From assembly GCF_009914755.1 (NCBI RefSeq), contig NC_060929.1: DNA of 64,000 bases; one strand, 5' to 3'. Numbering within the stretch: the first letter of the stretch is position 1; every line of letters begins with the position of its first letter. The position numbers were made by a program, and so were the translations under genes. The stretch is from the human T2T-CHM13v2.0 reference genome, Homo sapiens. Below are positions 1-14,074 of this stretch, piece after piece. The notes under the pieces were generated by a model. That model was not told the origin of the DNA, made no database searches, and saw only the letters and a list, made by a program, of their open reading frames with translations.

Positions 1-25
1 CATTCCCTGGGAATTATGCTTTATC

Positions 26-218
26 CACCACTGTCCAACCTTTTGTCTTCCCTAGGCCACATTGGAAAAAGAAGAATTGTCTTGGACCACACATAAAATA
101 CATGAACACTAATGACAGCTGATGAGCTGAAAAAAAAGATCCGTGCATAATTTTCATGATATCCACCACCACAGATAAGCAAAGAAAGTCCTCACATTAA
201 AAGGGTTGGACATCCATG
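26..218. mobile_element. MER30/MER30B hAT-Charlie MITE
   Basis: TIRs tgtccaacc / ggttggaca, internal ggccacattggaa..agaagaattgtcttgg, TSD-like ctttatcc / ctttatac. Confidence 0.8.
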
Positions 219-224
219 CTTTAT

Positions 225-325
225 ACTGAAGTATGAAAGGCTAGATAAAGTTTAAATAGTACATGGCAGAGTTGGGACCGGCAACTCAGATACTCTGACT
301 CTGAAGTCCAGGACTCTCTACCACA
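225..325 (-). mobile_element. MIR fragment
   Basis: ggcagagttggga..tctgactctgaagtccaggactct resembles the reverse MIR 5' end. Confidence 0.45.
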
Positions 326-619
326 TCAAGCTTCTCTGTAAGTGGTAGGAAAACACATGTTAAACTCAGACCTATCATTTTAAATATTTAATGCCCTAAA
401 ACCTGCTCTTGTACTTCACTATATTGGTCTAAGAAGCTTCTAAGTGGCCGGTGAAACATAATTGGGTTAATTTCCAGTGTATATGGTCAGCCAGGATTAG
501 TTTTTACAATTGTCAATTATCCCAGGAAATTTAAACTGCATTGACTAGGATATCCCTGCACAGTCATGTGGGGTGGGCAGGCTCATTCATGTTCTTCTGC
601 ATCATAGAAAATCAGTAAG

Positions 620-733
620 TACACAATCCACTGATGGCTTCCCAGCTGAATTAGAACAAAATCTAAAGGCCTTGATCCTTAAGCAGTTTGCACTGGCTAT
701 TGCTCACCTCTGCAACCTCAGCTATGGCCACTC
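620..733 (+). mobile_element. L2 fragment interrupted by the MST element (continues at ~3151-3260)
   Basis: atggcttccca..aaaatcta..ctcacctctgcaacctca here, and ctgttccctcttcctggaacac after the MST. Confidence 0.5.
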
Positions 734-3150
734 TGTCTTCGATCATTTTCTGCTGTTACACTAGAATATAACAGACTGAGTAACTTTAAAAGAGTAGAAG
801 TTTATTTGGCTCATTGTTCTAGAGGCTGAGAAATTCAAGAGCGTGGCTTTGGTGTCTGGTGAGGATGATTCCATGGCAAAAGAGCATCACAAGGTGAGTG
901 AGCCTACCAGACAAGAGACAAGATGGGAGCCAAAGTTATCCTTTTATCAAAAGCCCACTTCTGTGCCACTCCCACAATAAAGTCATTAATCCATTCATGA
1001 GAGTGAGAGGAAATCCCTCATTGCCTATAGATCCCACCTCTTAATATAGTCACAATGGCAATTAAATTTCCCCATAAGTTTTGAAGGGGACATTTAAACC
1101 ATAGCATTCCATCTCTGGCTCCCACAAACTTATGTCCTCACATACAAATACATCTATTGTATTCCAATAGCTCCCAAATCTTAACTCATTCAAGCATCAA
1201 CTCACAAGTCCAAAGTCCAGAGTCTCATCTGAAACAGATACAGGTGAGACTCAAGGCATGATTCATCCTGAGGCAAATTTATTCCTGCTGTGAACCTATG
1301 AAACAAGTAATCTACTCCAGAAATACAATAGTAGATCAGGCATAGGATAGGCATTCACACTCTCCAAAAGGGAGAAATAGGCAAGAAGAAAGAGGTAACT
1401 GATCCCAAGTAAGTTTAAAACCCAGAAGGGGGAAAAACTCAAGAAATCTAAAGCTAGAGAATAATGTCCTTTGACTCCATGTCCTGTTTCCTGGGGTAGA
1501 GATTGGTTCCCCAAGGCCACAGGCCTATAGCCTTGTTGGGCTCATCCCACCCAGCAGCTCTCTCAGGTTGGAGTCTTCTGCTTGCAGATTTCCTAGGCTG
1601 GAGCTGCACACTGGTGGACCTAGAGTACTGGGGTCTCTGAAGGGCCTCAGTCTCATGGTTCCACTAGACATTGTCTTCATAGGGACTCTATGCTGACTCT
1701 ACTCCCGCAAGTTTCTTCCTGGACCTCTAAGGAATCCACAATATCCTGTGAAATCTAGGTGGAGGTAGACATACCTCCACTACTCTTGCATTCTGTAAGA
1801 CTGAAGAATTAGCACCACATGGATGTTGCCAAGACTTATGGCTTCTACCTTCTGGAGTAGCAGCATGTACCACGCCTGGACTCACTTGAGCCATGACTGA
1901 GGCAAAAGAAGCACTGTGCTGGAATGCAAGGAACAGAGTCCCAAGGAAGCCCTGGGCAGTGAGCTTACGAAGAGCACCTTGGGCCCATCACCTGAAACTA
2001 TTCTGCCCTCCTAGAGCTCTGGACCTGTTATGTGAGGGGCAGCCTCAGAGATCTTTGAAATGACTTTTTTAAGGTCTTTCTCCCATTGTCTTGAATAGTA
2101 ACTGATTCTTTCTATTCATACTAATCTCTTTGTCCCTTGCCACATTCTTAGTTTGCTCTCCTAAATACACCTTTCACTCTTTACATGGCGAGATTAAAAA
2201 TTTCCAAATATTTCTGTTCTGCTTCTCTTTTATTGATAAATTTAATTAAGTCATTTCTTTTTTCTTGCATCTCACTGTATGCAGCTAAAACCAGCCACAC
2301 AGCAGAATGAATGTATTGCTGCTTAGGTATTTCTTCTGTCAGACGTCCTAGTTTATCATTCCCAAGTTCTGCATTCTATCAAGCCCTAGGGCATTGGCAC
2401 AATTCAACCAAAGTCTTTCCAACTATATAACCAGGATGGCTTTTATTCCAGTTTCCAATACCTTGTTCCTCACTTCCATTTGAGACATCATCAGAACAGC
2501 CTTTACTGTGGATATTTCTACTAGCATTCTGATCACGACTACTTAAGTAATCTCTAAAAAGATTTCCCTACAGCTTGTCTCTTCTATTGAGCTCTCACCA
2601 GAATCACCCTTAATGCTTCATTTGCAAAAAATACAGGCTTTTTCTAGCCTGCTCTCTAAAATTCTTCCAGATTCTGCCCATTACCCAGTTCCAAAGCCAT
2701 TTCTACATTTTCAGGTGTTTTTTTTAAAAATAGTATTAGCTCCATTTCTCACTACCAATTTTCTGGCTTAGCTTGTTTTCTGCTACTGTAACACAGTATT
2801 ACAGACTGAGTAATTTATAAAAAAAATAAGTTTATTTGGCTCATGATTCTGAAAGTTGGAAAGTCCAGGAGCATGGCACCAGCATCTGGGGAGGGTCATA
2901 CCATCAAGGGAGGTATCATAGGGCAAGCAAGTGCATGAGAAAAAGAGACAAGATGGGAACTGAACTTATCTTTTTTATCAAGAGCCCACTCCTATGGTAA
3001 CTAACCCACCCCCTTGATAATGCCATTAATCCATTGATAAGGGTGGATTCCTCATACTTAATCACCTCTTACATTTCCAACCTCTTAATACTGTCATAAT
3101 GACAATTAAATTTCAACATGAGTTTTGGAGAACACATTCAAACCATATTA
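734..3150 (-). mobile_element. Full-length MaLR element (MSTC/MSTD-like): LTR 734-1106, internal 1107-2763, LTR 2764-3150
   Basis: Two homologous ~375-bp LTRs (ttttctgct..cagactgagtaa..agtttatttggctca..cattaatccatt..aaaccatagca) flanking an MST-int-like region with the typical ends ttccatctctggc and accaattttc. Confidence 0.88.
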
Positions 3151-3777
3151 CTTTTTCCATTGGCCATTTTTCTGTCCCCTATATATGCTACACTTATTCC
3201 CACTTTAGGTCTTTCGTATTCTCTGTTCCCTCTTCCTGGAACACTTTGGCCTAATTTATAATAAGGTTAGCTGTTGCACAATGGGAGAATGTAGCTGAGT
3301 ATGATTGGTAGCAGAGGAGCTCTAGGTTCTAGGAAATGGGATTGCAAATAATATTACCCAGACACTTTGGGAGAAAATGTTTCAGGATAAAGAAGTTGGA
3401 ATAAACTTCCAGCTTAAATGAGGTTGCTGGTTTGAATTAAGCGGGGGGAGGGGGGTGAGTATCTTGATCTTCTACTCAGGATTCAGTTGTTAGCATCAAG
3501 GGCTAGCCTCAATCAAATTCAATAGACATTCCTACTTTATTTTCTGGGCTCCTTTTCTACCTTCCAGTGACCTCGCTTTTTGGAGACTCAGGGTCATATA
3601 CTCTTTAATTACTCTCCAGAACCCCTATTGTGTTACATTCTCTGAGGAGGGACCCAAACTCTCCTCAAATGGTTTCTCCTTATATTTTCTGATACATCCA
3701 AAATCTTGTGCCCTCTTGAATCTGATATCAGCTATTTCTTTTTAAAAAAATTGAAGAAGAGAAGATACATCTTGGAT

Positions 3778-3939
3778 GACTGGTTCACAAATTTGTCTGC
3801 ATCTTCAAGTCACCTATGGCATTTTAAGTAACACAGATTCCTGCTATCATCCCCAGAGATGATGATTTAATTGGTATGGAGTACAGCCTGGGTGCCTTCC
3901 AGGTGATTCGAAGAAACAGCCAAGATTGAGAATAACTGT
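3778..3939. mobile_element. MER5-family hAT-Charlie MITE
   Basis: tggttcacaaa..ccccagaga..gatttaattggt..ccaggtgattc..ttgagaataactg. Confidence 0.65.
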
Positions 3940-3974
3940 CTTAGATTATACTCCTGCAGCTAAGATATAGCTCC

Positions 3975-4210
3975 AGTGGAAATAACATAGACTTTGAAAT
4001 TACATAAATCTGGCTTCAGATTAGGATATTAAAAAAATGGAAAGGTTACTCCATTTCCTAGTTTGTGAATTGGATTAGGTTACCCAGTCTCAGTCTTGTA
4101 TAGTTCATTTATCAGTAAAATTAAGGTAATAATAACTACCCCAGCAATAGGTTGTGATTATTGAAATAGCTTAGCACAGTATCTGTCACAGAGTAAGAAC
4201 TCAAAGAATT
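3975..4210 (+). mobile_element. MIR
   Basis: gtaaaattaaggtaataataactacc..gcttagcacagtatctgtcacagagtaagaactcaa. Confidence 0.6.
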
Positions 4211-5409
4211 TGACCTCTTTCCCTTCATAGCCCTTGACTTGTGGCCACAGAGAGGCTGTGCATGCTCCATTTATAGAGTCCTTCTCCCTTTGTTACACCC
4301 CATAGAAGGACAAAGACTTAGTTGGCAATATGCCTCAAAACTCTGTACACTAGGTACGCCTTCCTTAGTTTGAGTATGCATTGTTACATAGTCTAACTCA
4401 AGAACATTGGAAATAGATAAAATGGTGATAAGCCATTCTTTGCTGTTGCTTGTCTGTTAATCAGTGTCTTGAAAACAACTCTAGACACCAATATCCTGTT
4501 TGTCTCTCTGATGCTAGCACTTGTATAACAGCCAATTACAAGGCATTTGTCATTTTTTATACCATAACTTGGTAATTTGATTTAGACAGGGGAATTTTCT
4601 GCTGATAAATCTAGGTAGATTACCAAGTCAGAATACATTTATTAAAACACCAATTAGACCTTGCTTCCTCATCCATCACAAGACCTTTAATTCTTGTGTG
4701 GTTTTGTCAGGGTGTTGCAGGAACCATGTTTGCCTGAGTGAATGACTTAAATCAAATTGTCATTTTACAAGGATTACCTTATCTTTAAACTTCAAGGCAA
4801 GTCATTCTTTATGTACTCTGTGAATAATAAGCAATATTGTTTTCAAGCCCTACTACTACATCGTTGGGATATAGCAGGGGAAGTAAGTCCAGGAAGCTAA
4901 AGCCAAAAGGTGGTGTCCTCCAGAGGGAGGTACACTCCCAGGGTGCCTGTGAAGATGAAGAAACACACCAGTGACAGAGCACAGTGGAAAATTGAGTTGT
5001 CAACAGTCAAGGTTGGGAAGAAAATATTTGAGAGGGGCAGATGCTGTTCCTTAATAATTGTTTTGGGTGTTCTTAAGCTGAACACAATGTATTTATCTTC
5101 TTTTCTCCAACTTTTGTTTTTTAACATCAGTTGGCAAGAATAATATTTCTTACTTTCCTAAAATGTCTTTTCAAGATTGTGTGTTCTGCTGCTTCCTACC
5201 TGCTGATACCTTGCATGAACATATCTGTAGCAGGTGGCAGTAAAAAGAGCTACTCCCAAAGGAGAAAACAATAAAGAAGACAGGGGTTGGGCAGGCAAGA
5301 AGGTGAAATCTAAGGAAACGGTGATGAGAAAAGTGGAACAGATTGATTTTGAAGAAAAATCCCTCAGTAAATCTTTATCAAGCACTGATTTGGGACAAAG
5401 CATTATGAA

Positions 5410-5950
5410 TGTATTTGTCAGTATTTTTCAGTTGGAAGTGTCAAAAATCCACCTTAGACAAGCTTAAGCAAAAGATTGGGAGGATACTGGCATGCCTTGC
5501 AGAATAAACAAGGCAGCTGAGTTCCCTATGGCTGCTTTTCCCTCTGTAAGTTGCATTAATTTTCTCTAGCTACAGGAAGTACTTCCCTGAGCAGCAGAGA
5601 ACATGACCTCAGGTAGTTCAGGTAGTGAACTAACACCATTTTATTTGAGCGACCCAAGATATAGAATTTTCTCTGAGAGCTCAATTTAAGGTATCTTGGG
5701 AAGAACTCTGGACCAGGTTGGATCACATACCTCTCTTTAACCAATCATGCAGCATAGGGAAATGGTAGGCTATGATTGGCAAGGTCTGAGTCATACACCT
5801 ATCCTTGGCTGGGGATGCAGTACCATGATTGACATTACCATGAGGGCCAAATGTTTAGAGTCAGAAAGAAGCTATTCCTTAAGAAAAGAAGCTATTACTA
5901 GAAAAGTTGGTATTATGAGTGAGGAGTGATATTGGGCAAACTCTCCCTGA
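5410..5950 (-). mobile_element. Old MaLR LTR (MLT1J/K-like)
   Basis: gttggaagtgtcaaaaatcca..gcttaagcaaaa start; aaccaatca..gctatgattggcaaggtctgagtcat core. Confidence 0.6.
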
Positions 5951-6599
5951 GCAACAACTGAACTAAAATAAGGAATACAAAGGTGAACAAGGCAGACAGG
6001 AATATACAGTGCCGCCAAGGAAGTTACATCCTGTCAGGGAAGTCAGACATGTTCATAAATACCTTTAAATCTAAAGACCAAAGCAAAAGGTGAAAAAAAA
6101 TTGAAAAGAAGGAAAGGAGGAGAAATAGAAAGGGAAAAGAAGAAAATGGGCTGAGCAGAGAGCAGATAGGCCTAGCTTTTTATAGGATAACAAATGTATG
6201 AGGCTACAAGTTGACTGGAATTATAGTCATGGGAAAAGAACAGGTGGTACAATATGAATGTGCAAGCTAGCTGAATCTATATGATATCTTCAGGGGCATC
6301 GTACCTGTGTAAGCCCTTGTGTGGTCATTGTTTTTTCTTAACAAAGCAAGTCAACAACAGAGACCTCATTTTCCCTTCCAACTTGGCAAGCATACTTATC
6401 TTGCACTAACCAATGAGTTTCATTTTATATTACACAGACAAAATCCATTATTTTTTAAAAATAAAAATATGAGAAATTTGAAATGGGAATTGCTGTCAAA
6501 TCAAGATGGCAGAGAACAGGAGGATAGAATGATAAGGAAAGGAGTGGGGTAAGGTTCAGGTGGTGTGAGGGAAGATGAGTTCTCTGTGCTTGTGAGTTT

Positions 6600-6749
6600 G
6601 CCTGTGGCAGATGCATTTTAGTAGGAGCCAAAAGGGTTGGCTTCCGGGCCAGGCTCTGACACCAACTTGCTATGTGGCCTCAGGCAAGTCAATTCACCTC
6701 TCTGGACCTCAAGTTCCTCATTGCTAAAATGAGAGAGATTGAATTAAAT
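6600..6749 (+). mobile_element. MIR
   Basis: gctatgtggcctcaggcaagtcaattcacctctctggacctcaagttcctcattgctaaaatg. Confidence 0.7.
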
Positions 6750-6949
6750 TAGGGATGGCAAATTGTTTTGCCACATGTGCCAATTCTGATCAATTAGCAG
6801 TGAGAAGGGTTGTGTCTGGATTCAGTGGGAAAGACTTCAAGCAATAAGACAGGTAACATGTTAAGCCATCATCTGTCGTTAGTGCTTTAGTGGGAATTAG
6901 TTTGCCAGGATTTTTCCATGTGACAGATGATGCATTTTTGATCCCCCTG
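6750..6949. mobile_element. MER102-like hAT-Charlie MITE
   Basis: TIR-like ends agggatggcaaat / atttttgatccccctg; internal gtgccaattctgatcaattagcagtg..cagtgggaaaga. Confidence 0.55.
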
Positions 6950-7077
6950 GGAAAGAGTGTGAGGATACTGATCCAGCCTCCCATCTCTCCAACCAAACAG
7001 AAGGTCTCTCAATTTTCACTGGCAACATCCCTGGAATGAGTTTTCTGCACATTGCTTTCCTAGTCTTTCATTTTATA

Positions 7078-7270
7078 GTGCTGTGCAGCTATTTTTTAAG
7101 GCATAAGCCTCCTTGAGAATCTAATAATAGCCACAGACCCTTATCCTAAATAACATAAATATTCCATATTTTGCATACAGTTTCAGGGATTCCATAGTCC
7201 TCCTGAAGACCAAACGTATAGCCCCAAGAAAGCTCTCCATGATCATGAATTCCAGATTAAGGACCCTTGA
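7078..7270. mobile_element. hAT-Charlie-type MITE remnant
   Basis: ccttgagaatctaat..attttgcatacagtttcaggg..ttaaggacccttg. Confidence 0.5.
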
Positions 7271-7709
7271 GATTAAATGCAATGGTACTTTCTCAGGATG
7301 CTAAAATACCACTAATTATGAATTGAGAAATTAGAAAAAAACTCATTGCATATTTAAATGAAGTTGCCTCTGTCAAAACTAACTAGCAGGTAATAGCCTA
7401 CCTGCATATCCATTTAACATGTTTAGTCCATTCAGTAAAAGAAAATCAGGAATTGTTCTTCTTTTTTAAATAACTGATCGTATGTTTTACTTCAGTATGA
7501 TAATAATTGTGTTACATAGTAACTTGAGCAAGATGAAGAGACTTGCTTTAGCTTCTTCACAAATACAATGAGGTACTTGAATGACCGACTTAAAGTCTAT
7601 GTCAGCTGTAGTGCTTTTCATATTCTAGTGTGTAGTTAAATAATTTACCAGTGCACAGCTTACTAATGGAATCAAGTTTGGCTCTTTAACTCAGTTGATT
7701 TTAACAGAT

Positions 7710-7900
7710 GAGTGGCCCTTAAGTCTTAGAGTGCACACAAATTGCCTGGAATGTGTTTAAATGCAGATTGCCAGGTCCACATCACAAAATTTTTGGTCCC
7801 TGAGTCTGTGAGAGGAGCCAAGAAATCTGCATTATTAAAGCCCTCTTCTAGTGATTCTGATGCAGGTGGTTCCAGCAGCATAGTTTAAGAAACATTACAC
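7710..7900. mobile_element. MER5A-like MITE
   Basis: aaatgcagattgccagg..aagaaatctgcatt..gtgattctgatgcaggtggttc..tttaagaaaca. Confidence 0.7.
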
Positions 7901-8449
7901 TAGAGGGTTGGCAGTGGGAGACAAAGCTCGTATTTTACTTGTTTTTATTCCGACACAATACTATGTACAAAATAGATAATACATGCACTCAATAACTTGA
8001 ATTATTTGTACGTTAGTGATTCATGGAAAAATTGCCTGGGCTTACAAACATTTTGAAGAGTATTGCATACCATAATATAAAAAGTAATGGAAAATGTTAA
8101 CACCAAACCATGTGTCTTAGGAATCACAACTAAATTTCCTCTATGACATTTTTTCAATATGTAAATCATTTTAAGCACTCATTTTCTAATGCAATGAAAA
8201 GAGCTATGTGTACTCTATAATTCAATAAAAATGAAATAGATGATGTGGTACTTTCTTCTTTTTCCACTATTCTAATGCACCTTGCAAACAGATGCTGTTT
8301 GGCAATATATACATTTAGGTCTTCATGCCATTTCACTGGGGTTTGACTTACTCTGATTTTCATTTTATAATGAAACCAATATTATCTTTTTTCCTTTTTA
8401 ATCTGAGTAGGATACTTTTCAAATTAATCACTAGAAGGAAAGTAAATGG

Positions 8450-8630
8450 GATTACTAGTGTTTAGCTCCTTTTATGTGGTAGGAACATTAATAAGTGCTT
8501 ACAAACCTTGTGCCAAGTAAGCCTCACTACAACCCTTTAAGAAACAATTATTATACCCATTTTATAGATGAAGAAACAGATTCAGAGAAGTAAATTTCTC
8601 AAAGTCATCTAGCTAGTAGCCAGTAGAAGG
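8450..8630 (-). mobile_element. MIR
   Basis: cccattttatagatgaagaaacagattcagagaag core. Confidence 0.7.
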
Positions 8631-9104
8631 GAAATTGTCTTTTGTAACATTTTTAGTAAACTTTTTCAAGCACACATATGTTATCAGGACTTGTTGAAAT
8701 GATATCTTTGAAAAACACTTTATATATCAATGACCATAACATAGCAGTGGTACACCTGGGCAAGACTGAATGACTTATATTGGATCAGATTCATATTCCA
8801 GTGGCAAAGACAAAAACATAACACTAAATGTGTGTGTGTGTGTGTGTATATATCAGGGAAAAACAGAGTACTGATAAAACTATTCAGTTTACCCAAACAA
8901 ATTGCTTTCCTCTGCTAATGTAATTTTATTATTTCTTCTGTGAATGCCAAATTTTCTTGAATTGCCCTAGACTTTCTTTTTTATTTACAGCTTTTTATGT
9001 TTGTTTTATGTACCAGCTACCTATATATGTCTATATGTATGCATACACACACACAACATATTTTAAATCTTTTAATAAACATATTTTTAATTTTTAATAC
9101 ACAT

Positions 9105-9290
9105 ATATTTAATCTTCACAGTTGACATAGGAGGTAGACATCATTGCCAAAATTATTTCCATTTTACTCATGGGATAATAGATTAGTGGAGAGATTAAAT
9201 GATTTATTCAAGACCAAACAATATAAAGTGGCAGAACCACGTGTGTACCTAAGTCTGTGGGACTTTGAAAACCTGCTCTTCTATCTTCTT
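9105..9290 (-). mobile_element. MIR
   Basis: ttaatcttcaca..ccattttac..gagattaaatgattt..agtggcagaacc. Confidence 0.5.
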
Positions 9291-9297
9291 ACCTGTC

Positions 9298-9790
9298 ACA
9301 GTAGGCATCACAAACCGAAATACCTACAGAAGCCAGAATAGTAAGTGTAGGAGGTCAGGAGTAAGAAAAATGTAAATGAATTACTTGGCTTTTTTGGCCA
9401 CCTTCTGTTTTCTAGCTTTGGATAGGGACCTGAGAACAGAGAACTCTTTCTCTGTTATTAGAAAATAACAGGTCAAGTGCAGCGATAAACTGCAACTGAT
9501 GGTCATCCCTGGTGGCATGAGGCAATATGGACTGGCACAGACTGTACTGAATGGGACTTAGAGGCCCAGCCGTTACTCCCCTTAAGACAATTGCTACATG
9601 AATCCATGGTAGTGCAGAGACACCGGATTTTCTGATTTTTTCAAGAAAAACTGTAACTCTAGATTTTCATATAACATCTGATTTTTTTTAAATGACCAAT
9701 TTTTTGAGATTTAGGCAAAATGCTTACCAAACAAAACATGTATGCAGGCAGGCCAAATGAAGTTTCTCAACCATTTGTTTTTGACCTCTG
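9298..9790. mobile_element. hAT-type DNA transposon remnant
   Basis: cacaaaccgaaatacctacagaagccag at the left; ttctgatttttttcaag..caaacaaaacatgtatgcagg..tttgacctctg at the right. Confidence 0.45.
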
Positions 9791-11589
9791 GCATTATCAC
9801 CTATTTGAAGTTTAAACATAGAAAACCAGCATGTGATGTCACATTCACCTTCACTGGCTTCCCAAGTAGACTGTGATAAGGTCCTCCTACTTCAGCTTTA
9901 TTATATCCCCTTGTTCCTTCTTACATGCCTGGTAGAGTTAATGTGTCTACGATAATGATGATGTTTGAAGTCCTTAAAGCCTTGTTTTTCTGCTCTAAAT
10001 ACTACATCATACTCTTTTGCTTGTGAAAAACAATGTGGTGGTATACATCTTTTGTTGTTGTTATAGTCACTGCCATCAGGGTTTTCTGATAATGCATTCT
10101 GTGAGGCAGCTGCCCCTGTGTATTATATTATCAGCCACTGATTATGCTGGCCCAGAAAGAACTCGAGAAGTGGTTCTTGCCACACACCAACTTCACCAGC
10201 AGACAGAGCCCTCAGCTCTACTAATCTGTGAAACTGTTTCCCACTTCCTAGCACACTGAAAGCTAATTGCTTTCTTCAATGAAACTAAAGGATCCACTGA
10301 GCCAGTCTGAGCTGGGAGATTACTCACCTGTTACAGTCAGCTTGTCTCTAGGGTTGTTAAATCTTTATTGTTCGGACATAATTAACCTTGAAGACTGAGC
10401 TGACCGTGTGGGAAGATTTACCTTTCTGGGTGGTTTTTGTCTCTCATTTTAGAATTGGAAGTCTACTCCCAAGCTAGGAAATGATTTACCTTTACTAGAT
10501 ATTAGAGGTAGTCACGTGCTTTTTAGTTGATGAATTAATAGCTAAATTAATTGTATTTCACAGAGGGACATAATAATATTCATAGACATCATAATATTCA
10601 GTATGAGGATCCTGAATGAGGGAGGGGTGTGTAACTCATGGGATACAACTGCTCATATAGATTACGGCAATCCTTTTAAAAGGCCAGAGGGAGGGAAAAT
10701 TAGGCTCCATTGGTTCTGTGCTTCATCTCATTTATTAATAGTTACCATGTTTTTCCATCAGTTTTCAGGTAATGTTATACATTATACATTTTTGGTATGA
10801 TACAAAGGAGTTGATTGTAACTGGACAAACCTAATGATGTTTTAAAACAATCATCCAAAGCCTACTCCTTCATTCTTGTTGAAGTGATTAGAATATTGGC
10901 CTAATCAGTATCTAAAATATGTCATAATACAGCTGGATCATAGAGGTGGTTATTATCACTGAATAGGTCATGTGAAACACTTTTCTTTCCTGTAGCGCAA
11001 ATACAATTGTGACACTGTGGGAGACAACATTGTGGGAGCCAAGGAATCACTGGTCTTAATATGAATGCTTATTTCCTAATGATGAAGGCTGTTAGATGGT
11101 GGAAATATCTCTCTGCAGAAGCAAGAGGAGCTGAGTTCTTTCTGTCCCTTCAAAGTGGAAGAGGAAGGCGCATGAGGAAGGGAGCTAGAAGATGTGCTGT
11201 GAAGTTTAGAAGGGGAAGTGGCCAGAGGCAAATGTCAAGAACCCGTGGGTCCATGGTTTTTATTGGTTTCTTAAAAAAGTTTTTGTGATCCTTTTTAGCT
11301 TCATAAAAAATTACAGTTCATTCAAGAAAAATATAAAACAAAGTGGATTATATTTTAAAAGCCCTGATAGCCCCCTTACCCGCTCCATTTTATTGAATAG
11401 CTATGACCTTAGCTAGGGCGTTTTACCTGTCTGTAAATTGCTTCATTTGTTTATCTATAAATCAAAGATAACAGTAGTATCACCCGTAGATTTGTTGTGA
11501 GATCTGAATAAGTTGCTGATAGCAATGTCTTTCCAGATCACTGTATCTGTTGGTTTAAATCTATCTACTATATTATTCAGCCACTTGGT

Positions 11590-11960
11590 TTTCCCTACAC
11601 CAGTTTATCATGAATATCACTTCATGTTTTTAAATATAGAACTACCTCATTCTTTTTCAAAGTATGTTTTATATTTCAAAATGTGAACATACTGTAAGTA
11701 TCAGTCTCCTTTTAAGGAATATTGTGTTTATTGCCATTATTAGATATTACAAACAAAATTCTGCAATAAATATTCTTGCACATATACTATTCTATATTAC
11801 CGGAAATGGGATTGCTAGGACAAAGGACCTATATATTTAAAATGTTGATAAATATTGCCAATTGTCTTTCAAAGAAGTTGGGGTTATTTACACCGCCTTG
11901 TAATAGTATCAGACAATTTCCTTCTCTTTGTGCTTTTGCCATCCTTGGTAGAGGTGATTT
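11590..11960 (-). mobile_element. L1ME-type 3' fragment
   Basis: ctgcaataaatattcttgcacat..ggaaatgggattgctagga..attgccaattg. Confidence 0.6.
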
Positions 11961-11992
11961 TGTTTTGTGGTGGTGGTTGTTTTTGTGTGCTT

Positions 11993-12048
11993 TGTGTGTG
12001 TGTGTGCGCTTTCCTGTGTGTGTGTGTGTGTGTATGTGTGTGTGTGTG
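11993..12048. repeat. Interrupted (TG)n microsatellite
   Basis: tgtgtg runs visible directly. Confidence 0.9.
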
Positions 12049-12754
12049 TAGTTTTATTCTGATGCCATTCTCCAAGAATTCTGTAACTGTTATGTTGTCT
12101 CCTCTGTCCTACATTCAGTACTTCAGCATTTCTCTGCTATTTTACTGGCCTAGAGTCCATTCTCCAGCATTTTCTGGTACACTGCTTTCAGCCATCCCAC
12201 ACCAAAGGGGTAAAGAACAGTTGTGCTTGTAGGAGCATATTTATAGAGCCGCTCTTTCTAGTTCCCTGTGGGAACCACTTTAGTTTTAACTAGGTGACCT
12301 GTTGTGCAGATGTGACTACAAGGTGGAAGCTGTCCAAGTCTCAATTCTTTTCTTCCTCTCTGTTGGGCTAAAGCTAAATCCTGTGGGACTTAATAAATGT
12401 TTACACTTTGGGGCAGGCAGACCTGGCATAGTGGCAGATGGGATTGACTTCTAACTACTTATTATGATTAATATGATCTGGTGCCCTAAATACCTCTTTC
12501 ATGGCTCTGTAACAGTGTTAAGCATGCTCCACTTAGGATTTAATTTTTAGGGACCCTGTAAAACACTGTTCACTTTATTTTAACCCTCTGACCTCATTTT
12601 GTAAGGCTATTGTTCATGGCTTAGAGGATTGGCCTCACGGAAAGAGAAAGGATTCTGGGTTCAGGAGACCTAGATTCTAGTCCAGAATAGCAGGTAGTTG
12701 GAGACTACCTACTAGGCCTGTGTCCACATTCCAGTTTTGCCAACTACTTCCTAG

Positions 12755-13076
<322 letters not shown>

Positions 13077-13147
13077 GAAGCAAAAGTGTTTTACTTTTTA
13101 AGGATTAAGTTTCTTTTTGTGTAAAATGACTATAATAATATGTACTA

Positions 13148-13540
13148 CTGGTATTAATCAACATTCTTGGCTGTTGATGATAAAAATGGACTCTGGAAGT
13201 TTTAAGCAAAAAGAATGTTACTGAAAGGACATCAGGACTTCACAGAAAACCAGGAAACTGTAGATTCGGTTTTGGAAGACAGGCAGGAATTCAGGTCCTC
13301 AACAGGCTAGGCCACAGGTATGATCTGACTCAGGTGTCCCGGCTGCTGTCCTCCATGATGAATAAATCCTCATGTATCTTTTGCATTTGCATCATCTCCC
13401 TCAGGTGTGAATTTCTGGGAGTAATCAACTCACCAAGCCTGAGTTAAGTACCCAAGCTGCCAGAGAACAGGGAGAAGGAGTAAATGTCCCATTGGGCCTC
13501 TACAATGGGAAACATGTTGCTGCCTTCAGCAAGACCACGG
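13148..13540 (-). mobile_element. Old MLT1-family LTR fragment
   Basis: ttcttggctg..tttaagcaaaaagaat..aaaggacatcagg; similar sequence resumes near 13770-13850 after a MIR. Confidence 0.45.
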
Positions 13541-13544
13541 AGCA

Positions 13545-13760
13545 GCAGTAATGGATGGGTTAATAGTGTGGATTCAGGATCCAAAAGCCTAGTTTCAAAT
13601 CCCAGTCCCATGTCTTAATTTATTTGTTCTTCATAGATAAATGAGGATTAAGATACTTACCTCATTAGGGTCACTCTGAGGATTGAATGAGTCAATATTT
13701 GTCAAGTTCTCAAAATAGCATCTGACATATAATATACTCACTAGATATTATCTATTAATA
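13545..13760 (+). mobile_element. MIR
   Basis: ttcaaatcccag..taaaatgaggatt..acctcattagg..gaggattgaatgag. Confidence 0.65.
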
Positions 13761-14074
13761 TTATTGATTTCCCCAGATAGGAAAGAGTTAATACTGGATA
13801 GCCAAACACAAACACAAAACCTAACAAACAAACCAATATCAACATGTACAGGTAGTAACTATTCAATATCCAGCCGTTGTTTTTCCTATTTTTTTATGAA
13901 TTCCAGCTCTGAAACTAACTTACTTTCATTAGTATAGATCATTATTATTTTCTTTACCTATAAAATGAGAGGGTTGACCACACGACTTTTAATGTACCTG
14001 TCAATTCTGGGATGCTAGCAATAGGACTCAAGAGAAGGCAGACTTTGCTGGGAAAAGGTAGGGAATGGCGTAGA

